Positions 1-9,143 of a DNA stretch of 44,125 nucleotides are shown here, one piece after another; within the stretch, counting starts at the first letter, position 1; the number at the start of each line of letters is the position of its first letter. The DNA is from Candidatus Hermodarchaeota archaeon (GTDB lineage Archaea; Asgardarchaeota; Lokiarchaeia; Sigyniarchaeales; SOKP01). Location: positions 1-44,125 of the forward strand of contig JBHLLO010000019.1 of NCBI GenBank assembly GCA_048885535.1, read 5' to 3'. The notes beneath the pieces were generated by a model. That model saw nothing but the letters and a program-made list of their open reading frames with translations, was not told the DNA's origin and did not search any database. The position numbers and the translations under genes are program-made.

Positions 1-1581
1 TTGACTAGAGAATTGATTCCTATTCAAATTAATGATATTGGCATATTTTCTGTTAATGTTCATGAATGGTTGTCCAAGAATGTTAAACCTCCAGACAAAC
101 TGAAGAAACTCTATATTCCTTTTAAAATCTATTATGATTTTAACATTTACACAGATGCGATGTCAGTATTGAAAAATATGCTTAGTATAGCCACACATGA
201 TAAAAATCAACGGTGGAAATCTAATTCTCTTAACAACATAGGTGCAATTTATTATGCACAAGGGAACTATTCAGAGGCATTGAAGCACTATGAAGAGGCA
301 CTACAAATTGATGAAAACCTGGGAAGTTTGAGCGGAAAAGCTGCTGATCTTAATAATATAAGCGGGATTTATAAGGCACAAGGTAACTATAGAGAAGCAT
401 TGAAGCGACTTGAAGAGGCACTCCAAATTGATGAACAATTGGGAAATTTGAACGGGAAAGCTTCTCGTCTTAATAATATAGGGGTAATTTATTATGCACA
501 AGGGAACTATCCAGAGGCATTAAAGAGTTATGAAGAGGCACTTCAAATCGATGAACAATTGGGAAATTTGAAAGGGAAATCTTCTCGTCTTACAAACATT
601 GGAATGATATATGATGAATTAGGGAATTATCCTGAGGCATTGAAACGTTATGAAGAAGCACTCCAAATTGATGAAGAGCTAGGAAGTTTGAGCGGAAAAG
701 CTGCTGATCTTAACGACATAGGCGGGATTTATTTTGCACAAGGGAACTATTCTAAGGCATTAAAGCTCTATGAAGAGGCACTCCAAATAGCTGAACAATT
801 AGGAGCCTTGGAAAGGAAAGCTACTTGTCTTACAAACATTGGGATGATTCATTTTGCACAAGAGAACTATTCAGAGGCATTGAAGCACTATGAAGAGGCA
901 CTACAAATTGATGAAAAACTGGGAAATTTAAGTGAGAGGGCTTTTCATCTTTCAAAAATTGGGATGATTCATTATGCACAAGGGAACTATTCAAAGGCAT
1001 TGCAACTTTATGAAGAGGCACTTCAAATCGATCAAAAACTAGGAAATTTGAAGATGAATGCTGTTAATCTTAACCACATTGGGATGATTTATTATGCTCA
1101 AGGGAATTATATGAAGGCATTAAAGAACTATGAAAAAGCACTCCAAATTGATGAAGAGCTAGGAAGTTTGAGCGGAAAAGCTGCTGATCTTAACAACATA
1201 GGCGGGATTTATTTTGCACAAGGTAATTATCAAAAGGCATTGAAATACTATGAAGAAGCACTCCAAATTAATGAAAAATTGGGAAATATAAGTGGAAAAG
1301 CTAATAATCTTAACAATATAGGTGAGATATTCAGAATGAAAGGTAATTATCAGGAGGCATTGAAACGTTATGAAGAAGCACTCCAAATTGATGAACGATT
1401 AGGAAATTTGAGCGGAAAGGCTAAAGATCTTAGAAACATCGGTATCATCTATATAAATTTAAATAAAAATTCTGAGGCATTTCGCAATTTTAAAAAGGCT
1501 CTTGAAATTTTTGAAGAGCTAGGATTAGAAAATGAAGCAGAACAAGTTCGTGATGCAATTTCAAAATTAACCAAAAATTAG
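1..1581 (+). CDS. TPR-repeat protein, 5'-truncated by the window edge; paralog of the downstream SIR2-TPR protein
   Basis: 11 tandem 40-aa TPR units (LNNIGxIYxAQGNYxEALKxYEEALQIDExLG). The first ~75 aa align with the SIR2-TPR linker of 1673..3811 (RELI..FS.N..EWLS.N...PDK...LYIP.KIY), so the SIR2 part probably lies upstream of the window. Confidence 0.85.
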   Translation: MTRELIPIQINDIGIFSVNVHEWLSKNVKPPDKLKKLYIPFKIYYDFNIYTDAMSVLKNMLSIATHDKNQRWKSNSLNNIGAIYYAQGNYSEALKHYEEALQIDENLGSLSGKAADLNNISGIYKAQGNYREALKRLEEALQIDEQLGNLNGKASRLNNIGVIYYAQGNYPEALKSYEEALQIDEQLGNLKGKSSRLTNIGMIYDELGNYPEALKRYEEALQIDEELGSLSGKAADLNDIGGIYFAQGNYSKALKLYEEALQIAEQLGALERKATCLTNIGMIHFAQENYSEALKHYEEALQIDEKLGNLSERAFHLSKIGMIHYAQGNYSKALQLYEEALQIDQKLGNLKMNAVNLNHIGMIYYAQGNYMKALKNYEKALQIDEELGSLSGKAADLNNIGGIYFAQGNYQKALKYYEEALQINEKLGNISGKANNLNNIGEIFRMKGNYQEALKRYEEALQIDERLGNLSGKAKDLRNIGIIYINLNKNSEAFRNFKKALEIFEELGLENEAEQVRDAISKLTKN

Positions 1582-1604
1582 GAATAGAGTCTTAGAAAAT
1601 AGAG

Positions 1605-1659
1605 ATAAATGTTAAATACAACCCATTCAGATGTAATTATATTCACGTACTAATTTTTA
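1605..1659 (+). promoter_or_regulatory. Conserved upstream element / putative promoter of the SIR2-TPR gene (copy 1)
   Basis: ATAAATGTTAAATACAACCC...TACTAATTTTTA is 48/55 identical to 3859..3913, contains a TTAAATA TATA-like box, and ends 13 bp before the ATG at 1673. Confidence 0.6.
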
Positions 1660-1672
1660 ACAAAATCCAATA

Positions 1673-3811
1673 ATGAAACTTACCAACCTTAAAATAGCCG
1701 ATTTAATCACTCCCGACGCGAAATTAACCTTCTTAGTCGGTGCCGGGTGCTCGGTTGACTCCCCCTCAAACTTACCCGCAGGAAAAACTATGATGGAAGC
1801 ACTCATTAGATATACCTGCGCCGAATCTGAGATTGATAAACTTCTAGGAAACGCAGAATTAGAAGAAGGGGGAAGATTAGAAGGACTCCGATTTGAGCAG
1901 TTGGTAGAAATTATACGAGATCGTCTGGATCCTGAACTAAAAATCATCGATTTTTATGGATTGTGCGATAAACCAAATATTCAGCACTTCTTCTTAGCAG
2001 AAATGATGAAACAAGGCCAATTTGTATTGACCACCAACTTTGACTTCCTTATTGAACACGCTCTACAAGATTTAGTCCCTAAAGAAGAAATGAAAATTGT
2101 AATCACTAAAGAAGATTTTGAACATTTTAGCAATCCACAAGAATTATTTTCCAATGGAATAAAAACACTTTACAAGATTCATGGCTCAACCAAAAACACA
2201 ATCACAGAAGAAAGTACAAGAGATTCGCTGATTGCCACGATACAAGCCTTCGGGGCAAACAAAGAAGGAGATAATGTATTTCAACTTGAATCCTTTAAAC
2301 AACCTGCATTTGTAAACATTACAAAAAATCGTTCTTTAGTGGTAATGGGTTATTCTGGCAGTGATGATTTCGATATCGTTCCTACATTAAAAGTTTTAAA
2401 AGATATTCATGATATTATCTGGATTAACTATATTCACGACGATGGGGGTAAAGAACTAATTTATGAAATTAATAGAGAAGATATGAGTAATCATTCCAAT
2501 TTTTCTAAAGTGGATCAAATTCTGGTTGACATCAAACAAATGAACTATGCCAAACAAATACTACGTGTAGATGTAAACACATCCCGAATGGTTAGAGAAT
2601 TGATTTCTGCTCAAATTAAAGATGACTCGGACACATTTTCTATTAATCTTTATGAGTGGCTTTCTGACAACATTCAATCTCCAGATAAATTCAGAAGACT
2701 CTATATACCCTATAAAATTTATTCTGAATTCGATATTTACGAAGATGCGATGTGCACGTTGAATCAAATACTTAATATAGCCGAACATGATGAGAATCAT
2801 GTATGGAAATCTTTTGCTCTCAACGAAATGGGGTCTATTTATATGGCACAAGGGAACTATCCAGAAGCATTGAAGCGTTATAAAGAGGCACTCCAAATTG
2901 AAGAACAATTAGGAAATTTGAAGGAAAAAGCTACTCGTCTTAATAACATCGGGGACATCTATTATGCCCAAGGGAACTATCCAGAAGCATCGAAAAAATT
3001 TGAAGAGGCACTTCAAATCGCCGAACAATTAGAAGACTTGAGCGGGAAAGCAACTTGTCTTAGCAACATCGGTTCGATTTATAATGCACAAGGTAAATAT
3101 CCAGAAGCATTGAAGCGCTATAAAGAGGCACTCCAAATATTCGAAGAGCTAGGGGATTTGGTAAGCAGATCTACACTTCTTAACAACATCGGAGCGATTC
3201 ATCTTGCCCAAGGGAACTATCCAGAGGCTATGAACTGTTATGAAGAGGCACTCCAGATCGCTGAGCAATTAGGAGATTTGAGTGGGAAAGCTGCTTGTCT
3301 TAGCAACCTCGGAGGGATTTATAAGTTACAAGGAAATTATCCAGAAGCATTGAAGCGCTATGAAGAGGCGCTCCAGATCGATGAACAATTAGGAGATTTG
3401 AGTGGGAAAGCTACTGATCTTAACGATATTGGGATGATTTATGATGCACAAGGGAACTATCCAGAAGCGTTAAAGAACTATAAAGAGGCGCTTCAAATCG
3501 CTGAGCAATTAGGAGATTTAAGTGGGAAAGCAACTTGTCTTAGCAACATCGGTTCGATTTTTAATGCACAAGGTAAATATCAAGAAGCATTGAAGCGTTA
3601 TGAAAAGGCACTGCAATTAACTGAGCAATTGGGAAATATACAACATATTGCTGCATGTTCTTTGTGGATTGGAATAATTTATAACAACTTGAATGACACT
3701 TCTAAAGCACTTAAAAATTTAGAATATGCACTTGAAAATTTTGAGAAATTAGAACTAAAGAATGAGGCAGAACAAATTCGTGAAGTTATATCAAAATTAA
3801 GAAAAAATTAG
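1673..3811 (+). CDS. SIR2-like (SIR2_2) domain + TPR-repeat protein
   Basis: Sirtuin-fold motifs FLVGAGCS, TTNFD, YKIHGS and VMGYSGSDD, followed by 8 40-aa TPR units. Confidence 0.88.
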   Translation: MKLTNLKIADLITPDAKLTFLVGAGCSVDSPSNLPAGKTMMEALIRYTCAESEIDKLLGNAELEEGGRLEGLRFEQLVEIIRDRLDPELKIIDFYGLCDKPNIQHFFLAEMMKQGQFVLTTNFDFLIEHALQDLVPKEEMKIVITKEDFEHFSNPQELFSNGIKTLYKIHGSTKNTITEESTRDSLIATIQAFGANKEGDNVFQLESFKQPAFVNITKNRSLVVMGYSGSDDFDIVPTLKVLKDIHDIIWINYIHDDGGKELIYEINREDMSNHSNFSKVDQILVDIKQMNYAKQILRVDVNTSRMVRELISAQIKDDSDTFSINLYEWLSDNIQSPDKFRRLYIPYKIYSEFDIYEDAMCTLNQILNIAEHDENHVWKSFALNEMGSIYMAQGNYPEALKRYKEALQIEEQLGNLKEKATRLNNIGDIYYAQGNYPEASKKFEEALQIAEQLEDLSGKATCLSNIGSIYNAQGKYPEALKRYKEALQIFEELGDLVSRSTLLNNIGAIHLAQGNYPEAMNCYEEALQIAEQLGDLSGKAACLSNLGGIYKLQGNYPEALKRYEEALQIDEQLGDLSGKATDLNDIGMIYDAQGNYPEALKNYKEALQIAEQLGDLSGKATCLSNIGSIFNAQGKYQEALKRYEKALQLTEQLGNIQHIAACSLWIGIIYNNLNDTSKALKNLEYALENFEKLELKNEAEQIREVISKLRKN

Positions 3812-3858
3812 GATGTATGTAATAAATTCTTAAAAAAATATTGTATTCTATTTCCTAC

Positions 3859-3913
3859 ATAAATGTTAAATACAACCCTTCCAGACGTACTCATATTCCC
3901 TTACTAATTTTTA
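3859..3913 (+). repeat. Second copy of the SIR2-TPR upstream element, followed only by an 8-codon ORF (3928..3954, MKTPLGAI*)
   Basis: 48/55 identity to 1605..1659, with ATGAAAACT at the position equivalent to ATGAAACT of the intact gene. Confidence 0.75.
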
Positions 3914-4074
3914 TACATCAACTTTTAATGAAAACTCCTTTAGGAGCAATCTAACAAAAAAATTTTCCTTTAAATAGATAGATACAATAAACTACTAAAA
4001 CAATTAATAAAAGGAGTTGATGTAGAATAACAGAAAATCAAATAAGGAACAAACAAAAGGAAAAGCCAAAATAT

Positions 4075-4275
4075 ATGAGTATAGAAGAAATAATTAACTT
4101 ACTTTTAGAAGTGAGAGTTGACCTTACCATACTAAAGAAATCCATAACTTCAAATGAAGTAAAAGAACAGCTTAAATGGGCAATCAATGGAATTGACATT
4201 GTTGGTTGCGAATTAACCCAAAATATCTCTAATAAATTAAAAGAAATAGAAAGAAAAAATAAGTTGAAAAAATAA
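4075..4275 (+). CDS. Small hypothetical helical protein
   Basis: 66-aa ATG ORF with amphipathic helical pattern in otherwise non-coding A-rich DNA; no family recognised. Confidence 0.45.
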   Translation: MSIEEIINLLLEVRVDLTILKKSITSNEVKEQLKWAINGIDIVGCELTQNISNKLKEIERKNKLKK

Positions 4276-4415
4276 TTAGATTCACTAATACATCAAAAAT
4301 GGAAAATTGTCTAGAATTAAAGCACTAGAGGTAATATCGATTAATAAGAAACCTTATTTCTTGATTTTTTTAGATTTGATAAAAAATAAAGTTAAAAAAA
4401 TGAAATTTAATTGCT

Positions 4416-6095
4416 TTAATACATATCGCCCATTCCACCAGGCATACCACCCATTCCTGGGTAACCTCCTCCCATTCCCGGAGGTGGCATTCCAGGTGGA
4501 GGACCCGCGGTTTTGGCGCTAGCTATCACATCATCAATACGTAAAATCATAGAAGCAGCTTCGGTTGAGCTTTTGATTGCTTGAATTTTTACGACGGTTG
4601 GTTCGACGACGCCTACTTTCATCATGTTATCGATTACTTCTCCGGTATCTAGGTCGTGTCCAGCGAATTTATTTCCGGCTTGGTGGGAAGCTCGTAATTT
4701 CATGAGGATTTCGATTTGGTCTAGGCCTGCGTTTTCAGCGAGAGTTTTTGGAACGATGTCAAGGCAATCGGCGAATACTTCTACTGCGAGTTGTTCACGA
4801 CCCCCTAGGGTTTGAGCGTATTTGCGTAATTGAATTGCGGTTTCTATTTCAGGTGCTCCACCGCCTCCGACGATTTTCTGGTCTTCAACGACGTCTCGGA
4901 TGACGCATAATGCATCATGGATGGCTCTTTCTTCTTCGTCAACGACTAGTTCAGTTCCTCCTCTAATTAATATTACGACGGATTTTGGATCCTTGCATTC
5001 TTCAATGAAAATCCAGCTATCGTTCATGACTTTTCGTTCTTCAACTAGTCCGGCAAAGCCAAGTTTTTCTGGCTTAACATCATCTAAGTTGGTAAAGATC
5101 ATACCTCCAGTGGCTTTTGAGAGTTTTTCGATATCTGATTTCTTAACTCTTCTTACGGATAAAATGTCTGCTTTGGTTAGGAAATGTTGAGCCATATCAT
5201 CGATTCCTTTTTGGCAAATTAAAACATTAGCACCAGAATTTTTGATTTTTTCAACCATTTTTCTTAGCATGTGTTCTTCTTCATCTAGGAATTGCTGGAT
5301 TTGTTCTGGGCTAGTGATTTGTAGTTTACTGTCAAATTCAGTTTTTTCAATTTCCACCGCACTTTGTAGTAAAAGGATTTTTGCGTCTTTTATGCTCTTT
5401 GGCATTCCAGGGCTTACTACTTCTTTATCTAATATGATTCCTTTAATTAATGCAGTGTCATCAATGCTTTCTCCTTCTTTCTTTTGAATTTGAACTTTTT
5501 CGATGTCAGCTTTCCAGTTTCCATTCTCATCTTGTTCAGCAATAGATTTGATTGCTTCAATACACATCTCAGCGAGCATTTCTTTGGATTCAGATACGAT
5601 TTTACTAGACATGCAAGTCATTGCGGCATTTTTTAAACCATCATAGTCGTCAATCCCACTCTTAATTGACATCTTATCTAAGATTTCAATTGCTTTATCA
5701 GCAGCTTTTCGGAAACCTTCAGTTATTACTGTTGGATGAATCTTTTGTTGTAAAAGTTTCTCTGCACGTTTTAATAATTCCCCTGCGAGGATTACACTAG
5801 TGGTTGTACCATCACCTACTTCAGAATCTTGTGTTTTGGCGACTTCAACCATCATTTTTGCTGCGGGGTGCTGTACATCGATTTCTTTCAAAATTGTTGC
5901 TCCGTCATTTGTAATCACGACGTCACCAAATTGATCTACGAGCATCTTATCCATACCTTTAGGACCTAATGAAGTTCTGACAGCTTCCGCAATTACCTTC
6001 GCTGCTGCAATGTTATTCTCCATTGCGTCTTTTCCGCGTTGGCGTTCAGTTCCTTCTTTAAGTAGAATTACAGGTTGGCCTCCTAATTGTGCCAT
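4416..6095 (-). CDS. ths: Thermosome (group II chaperonin) subunit
   Basis: [25 protein letters not shown] and GGGAPE motifs; C-terminal ILRIDD followed by a Gly/Met/Pro tail. Confidence 0.97.
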   Translation of the reverse strand: MAQLGGQPVILLKEGTERQRGKDAMENNIAAAKVIAEAVRTSLGPKGMDKMLVDQFGDVVITNDGATILKEIDVQHPAAKMMVEVAKTQDSEVGDGTTTSVILAGELLKRAEKLLQQKIHPTVITEGFRKAADKAIEILDKMSIKSGIDDYDGLKNAAMTCMSSKIVSESKEMLAEMCIEAIKSIAEQDENGNWKADIEKVQIQKKEGESIDDTALIKGIILDKEVVSPGMPKSIKDAKILLLQSAVEIEKTEFDSKLQITSPEQIQQFLDEEEHMLRKMVEKIKNSGANVLICQKGIDDMAQHFLTKADILSVRRVKKSDIEKLSKATGGMIFTNLDDVKPEKLGFAGLVEERKVMNDSWIFIEECKDPKSVVILIRGGTELVVDEEERAIHDALCVIRDVVEDQKIVGGGGAPEIETAIQLRKYAQTLGGREQLAVEVFADCLDIVPKTLAENAGLDQIEILMKLRASHQAGNKFAGHDLDTGEVIDNMMKVGVVEPTVVKIQAIKSSTEAASMILRIDDVIASAKTAGPPPGMPPPGMGGGYPGMGGMPGGMGDMY

Positions 6096-6255
6096 TTTCT
6101 TTTCACTTTTAATAATTTTAATTTAAGTTGTATCTAATAATTATAAGATATATAATGATCTCTAAGTCATAAAATTAAAAAAGTTTACGAAAATTAATTA
6201 TAAACGAGAATAAAGCTTGATAAATAAGATCATAACTTCTCGTTAATTTAAATGA

Positions 6256-6420
6256 CTATTTTGTTAATTCTCTTTTTTTCAAACGCAGATCTTTACCCCT
6301 ACATCTACGACATTTTCTTGCCTTAATGGGATTTAAAGCTCCGCATTGTCGGCAAACACTTTTCTCTAATAAATGGTATCTTGCGATTTTTCTTTTGTAT
6401 GGATCGTCTATAGGCGCCAT
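6256..6420 (-). CDS. rpl40e: 50S ribosomal protein eL40 (missed by the ORF track)
   Basis: Own translation: MAPIDDPYKRKIARYHLLEKSVCRQCGALNPIKARKCRRCRGKDLRLKKRELTK, carrying the CRxCGAxNPxxAxKCRRC...LRxK eL40 signature. Confidence 0.95.
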   Translation of the reverse strand: MAPIDDPYKRKIARYHLLEKSVCRQCGALNPIKARKCRRCRGKDLRLKKRELTK

Positions 6421-6597
6421 GATAATCTTAGGGAGTGTTTCTCAATTTTGATTATAAACTTATTATCAACTGAAAAGATAAATGGAAAAATAGTTTTAAG
6501 AATTAAAATTTTTGTATCTTAATGAAAAAATTAAAATTTTATAAATTATAGAATAATATAATTGAATTCTAAGCATTTAATTATTAGGTGATATATT

Positions 6598-6792
6598 GTG
6601 CCAAAGGAAATTTTTTCTAGCGATCAATTTCTAGAGCTAGCAGAGTTCGCTATTCATTGTAGAGTAAAGAGAATACAAGATGTTGTGAAATTAAAACTAA
6701 GGACAAAGAAAAATCTCTATACTTTTAAGACAGACCCAAATACAGCAGAAAGATTATTGAACAACTTAAAGTGTGACATAATCGAACTTTAA
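6598..6792 (+). CDS. rpl38e: 50S ribosomal protein eL38
   Basis: MPKEI....FLE.A.....RVKR....VKLKLRTKKNLYTF matches eL38; AGGTGA Shine-Dalgarno precedes the GTG start. Confidence 0.88.
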   Translation: MPKEIFSSDQFLELAEFAIHCRVKRIQDVVKLKLRTKKNLYTFKTDPNTAERLLNNLKCDIIEL

Positions 6793-6830
6793 ATCAAATT
6801 TATTGTTGAAAAAAATAAAAATTAGGTATA

Positions 6831-7340
6831 ATGAAAAATCTCCCAGCGTGCCAAACATGTGTCATTTCAGGTTTTTTATGCAATAGTTGCGAACAAAAGC
6901 TCGATGCGGGTGAGCTAACTGAGTTTGAGTTAGATTTAGCTAAAAAACTTTTGGAGCTGGAAGAACAAGAAAAATATAGTTTTTTGAAAAATATCTCTTT
7001 CTATAAAGCAATAGATTTTGAAGATGTTGTTCTAATTGTTATGGATAGGAAAGATAGGATTAAAATTTCTGAAGATTTAATTAACTGGATCAAAGAAACT
7101 TACGAAATTGACGAACTTATTTTTGTAGAAAGAACTAAAAAACCACGTCCTGTTCTTGAGGCTCTAATTGCCCCAAGTAAGTTGATTTCTTTAAATGAAA
7201 TCTTCTTAGCCACTGGAGATATTGAATTTAAAGCTGTTCTTTACTTAAGGGATAAAGAAAAGATTTTATTTACTAAAAAGGAATTAGAAGAATTGGTTTT
7301 AGAATTAACAGAGCAAATTATTCGAATAGAATTTGAGTAA
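6831..7340 (+). CDS. Archaeal NusA-like protein with N-terminal Cys motif
   Basis: PACQTCVISGFLCNSCEQKLDAGELTEFEL N-terminus and KH-like body ending RIEFE, as in the archaeal NusA paralog family. Confidence 0.65.
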   Translation: MKNLPACQTCVISGFLCNSCEQKLDAGELTEFELDLAKKLLELEEQEKYSFLKNISFYKAIDFEDVVLIVMDRKDRIKISEDLINWIKETYEIDELIFVERTKKPRPVLEALIAPSKLISLNEIFLATGDIEFKAVLYLRDKEKILFTKKELEELVLELTEQIIRIEFE

Positions 7341-7374
7341 TTAAAATAAATTTAATTTTATTAAAACTGATAGG

Positions 7375-7740
7375 GTGAATACTATAGAGGAATATAAACA
7401 AATTATTTTAATAAGGACAGATTTAAAAATGGGAACTGGTAAAAAGTGTGTTCAATCATGCCATGCTTCAGTTTCGGCAGCAGATCTAGTTCGTACAAAA
7501 AATAAACTTGTCTGGAAAAATTGGATTAATTCGGGTCAGAAAAAAGTTGTTTTAAAAATTGAAAGTTTAGAAGCTTTAGGTGCAATAGTGAAAAAACTTG
7601 GAAAAGCAAAGATATCTTATTTTCTAGTTAAAGATGCTGGATTAACGCAATTACCACCAGGCACTACTACCGCTTTAGGTATTGGTCCAATACTATCGAA
7701 AGAGATTGATGATATCACAAGAGACTTAAAATTACTATAA
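7375..7740 (+). CDS. pth2: Peptidyl-tRNA hydrolase 2
   Basis: [46 protein letters not shown]. Confidence 0.96.
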   Translation: MNTIEEYKQIILIRTDLKMGTGKKCVQSCHASVSAADLVRTKNKLVWKNWINSGQKKVVLKIESLEALGAIVKKLGKAKISYFLVKDAGLTQLPPGTTTALGIGPILSKEIDDITRDLKLL

Positions 7741-7760
7741 TTTAGCAATAGTATAGAAAT

Positions 7761-9142
7761 ATGGAAGTGGCAAATCTACGAGAACTTTTAAAAATAATGA
7801 TGAAAAAGAGGTTGAGAGGTTTGTATCTATTAATACTTATTCCACATCTAAAATTGAAGGCATTGGAGGGCTCTTTAAGAAAGAATTTAAAGATTTCATT
7901 GTTAAAGAAATTGATGAAAAAGGCAAAATACTTCAACTAAAACAAGATAACATCCATCAAGGATTTTCTGAAGACTCAAGAGATAAGTTCACAACTTTTA
8001 ATCTAGTTAAAATCAATAAAGAAACTTTTGAGGCAATAGAAATCATCAGTGATGCATTAGATATAGCAGTAGACAAAGTATTTTATTCTGGACTAAAAGA
8101 TAAATTTTCAATAAGTGTTCAAAAGTTATCAATAAAAGGAGATTATATTGATAGATTAAGAAAATTAAAAATTAAAGATATTTTTTTAAGCAATTTACAT
8201 CCTTCAAGAAAACCTGTGAAATTAGGAAGCAATTGGGGTAATAACTTTATAATTACTATTAGAAATATTGAAAATCGTAACAATACCTTGAAAAGAGTTC
8301 AAAATGTTCTTAGAATTCTTCAAAATAAAGGATTTCCAAATTATTTTGGGCTTCAAAGATTTGGTACTTTTAGGCCAAATTCCCATCTTATCGGAAAATA
8401 CATTTTAGAGCGAAAATACAAAGAGGCTTTTGAAGAGTACGTTGTCAATTCTTACTCTACAGAAATAGATATATCCCAAGATGTTCGCAATGAACTACGG
8501 AAAACTGGTGATCTTGAAAAAGCTTACAATACCTTTCCCGTTAGTTTAAATTATGAAAGGATGATGATTAAATATTTGATTGAAAATCCTGGAGATTACG
8601 AAGGGGCAATAAAGGAATTACCTAAATATTTGAGAAAATTACTTATTAGTTCTTTTCAATCCTACTTATTTAATAAAATGTTATCAATAAGGATTAAAAA
8701 AGGGTATTCTTTATTTAGGTTAGTTAAAGGGGATTTAGTTAGTATTTTAGATGATATAAATGGACAATGTACACAAATTGTGTATAATTATGGATCTAAT
8801 TATGATAAATACTTAAGAAAGGCTTTAAAACTAAACCGTGCATCTATTGTAATCCCTTTGATTGGATTTGATACAGATCTAAATGACTTTCCTTTAATGA
8901 ATGATTTAGTCCAAGAAATATTCAAATTGGAGCAAATAGATGAAGAAATATTTAAAAGTAATTTATTAGAAGAGTTTGAATTTAAAGGAACTTTCAGACC
9001 AATGATTGTCAAGCCTATAGGTCTGAAACTTTTAGAATTCACTAAAGATGATAAATTTCAGAATAAAATGAAATTGACGTTAGAATTCTCGCTCCAAAGA
9101 GGAGTTTATGCCACAATGTTATTAAGGGAATTAATAAAATGA
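7761..9142 (+). CDS. truD: tRNA pseudouridine(13) synthase TruD; start unresolved or frameshifted
   Basis: The frame is open from 7757 to 9142 and encodes GIGGLFKKEFKDFIVKE, catalytic SGLKDK, GNNF, GFPNYFGLQRFG, FQSYLFN and GVYATMLLRE. It has no in-frame ATG/GTG/TTG before 8216; the nearest ATG (7761) is in another frame. Confidence 0.9.
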
Positions 9143-9143
9143 G

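Noticed and set aside
301-2908. Antisense ORFs 301..501, 830..1021, 1159..1386, 1657..1947 and 2561..2908
   Set aside because: Shadows of the TPR/SIR2 genes on the opposite strand with no independent motifs.
220-3700. TPR repeats as a diversity-generating retroelement target or a CRISPR array
   Set aside because: The repeats are in-frame coding units without spacers, differences are not confined to adenines, and no reverse transcriptase or cas gene is in the window.
4307-5487. Plus-strand ORFs 4307..4522, 4624..4815, 4900..5190 and 5242..5487
   Set aside because: They overlap the thermosome gene antisense and show no coding signature.
7742-7936. Minus-strand 64-aa ORF
   Set aside because: Antisense to the conserved N-terminal part of truD.
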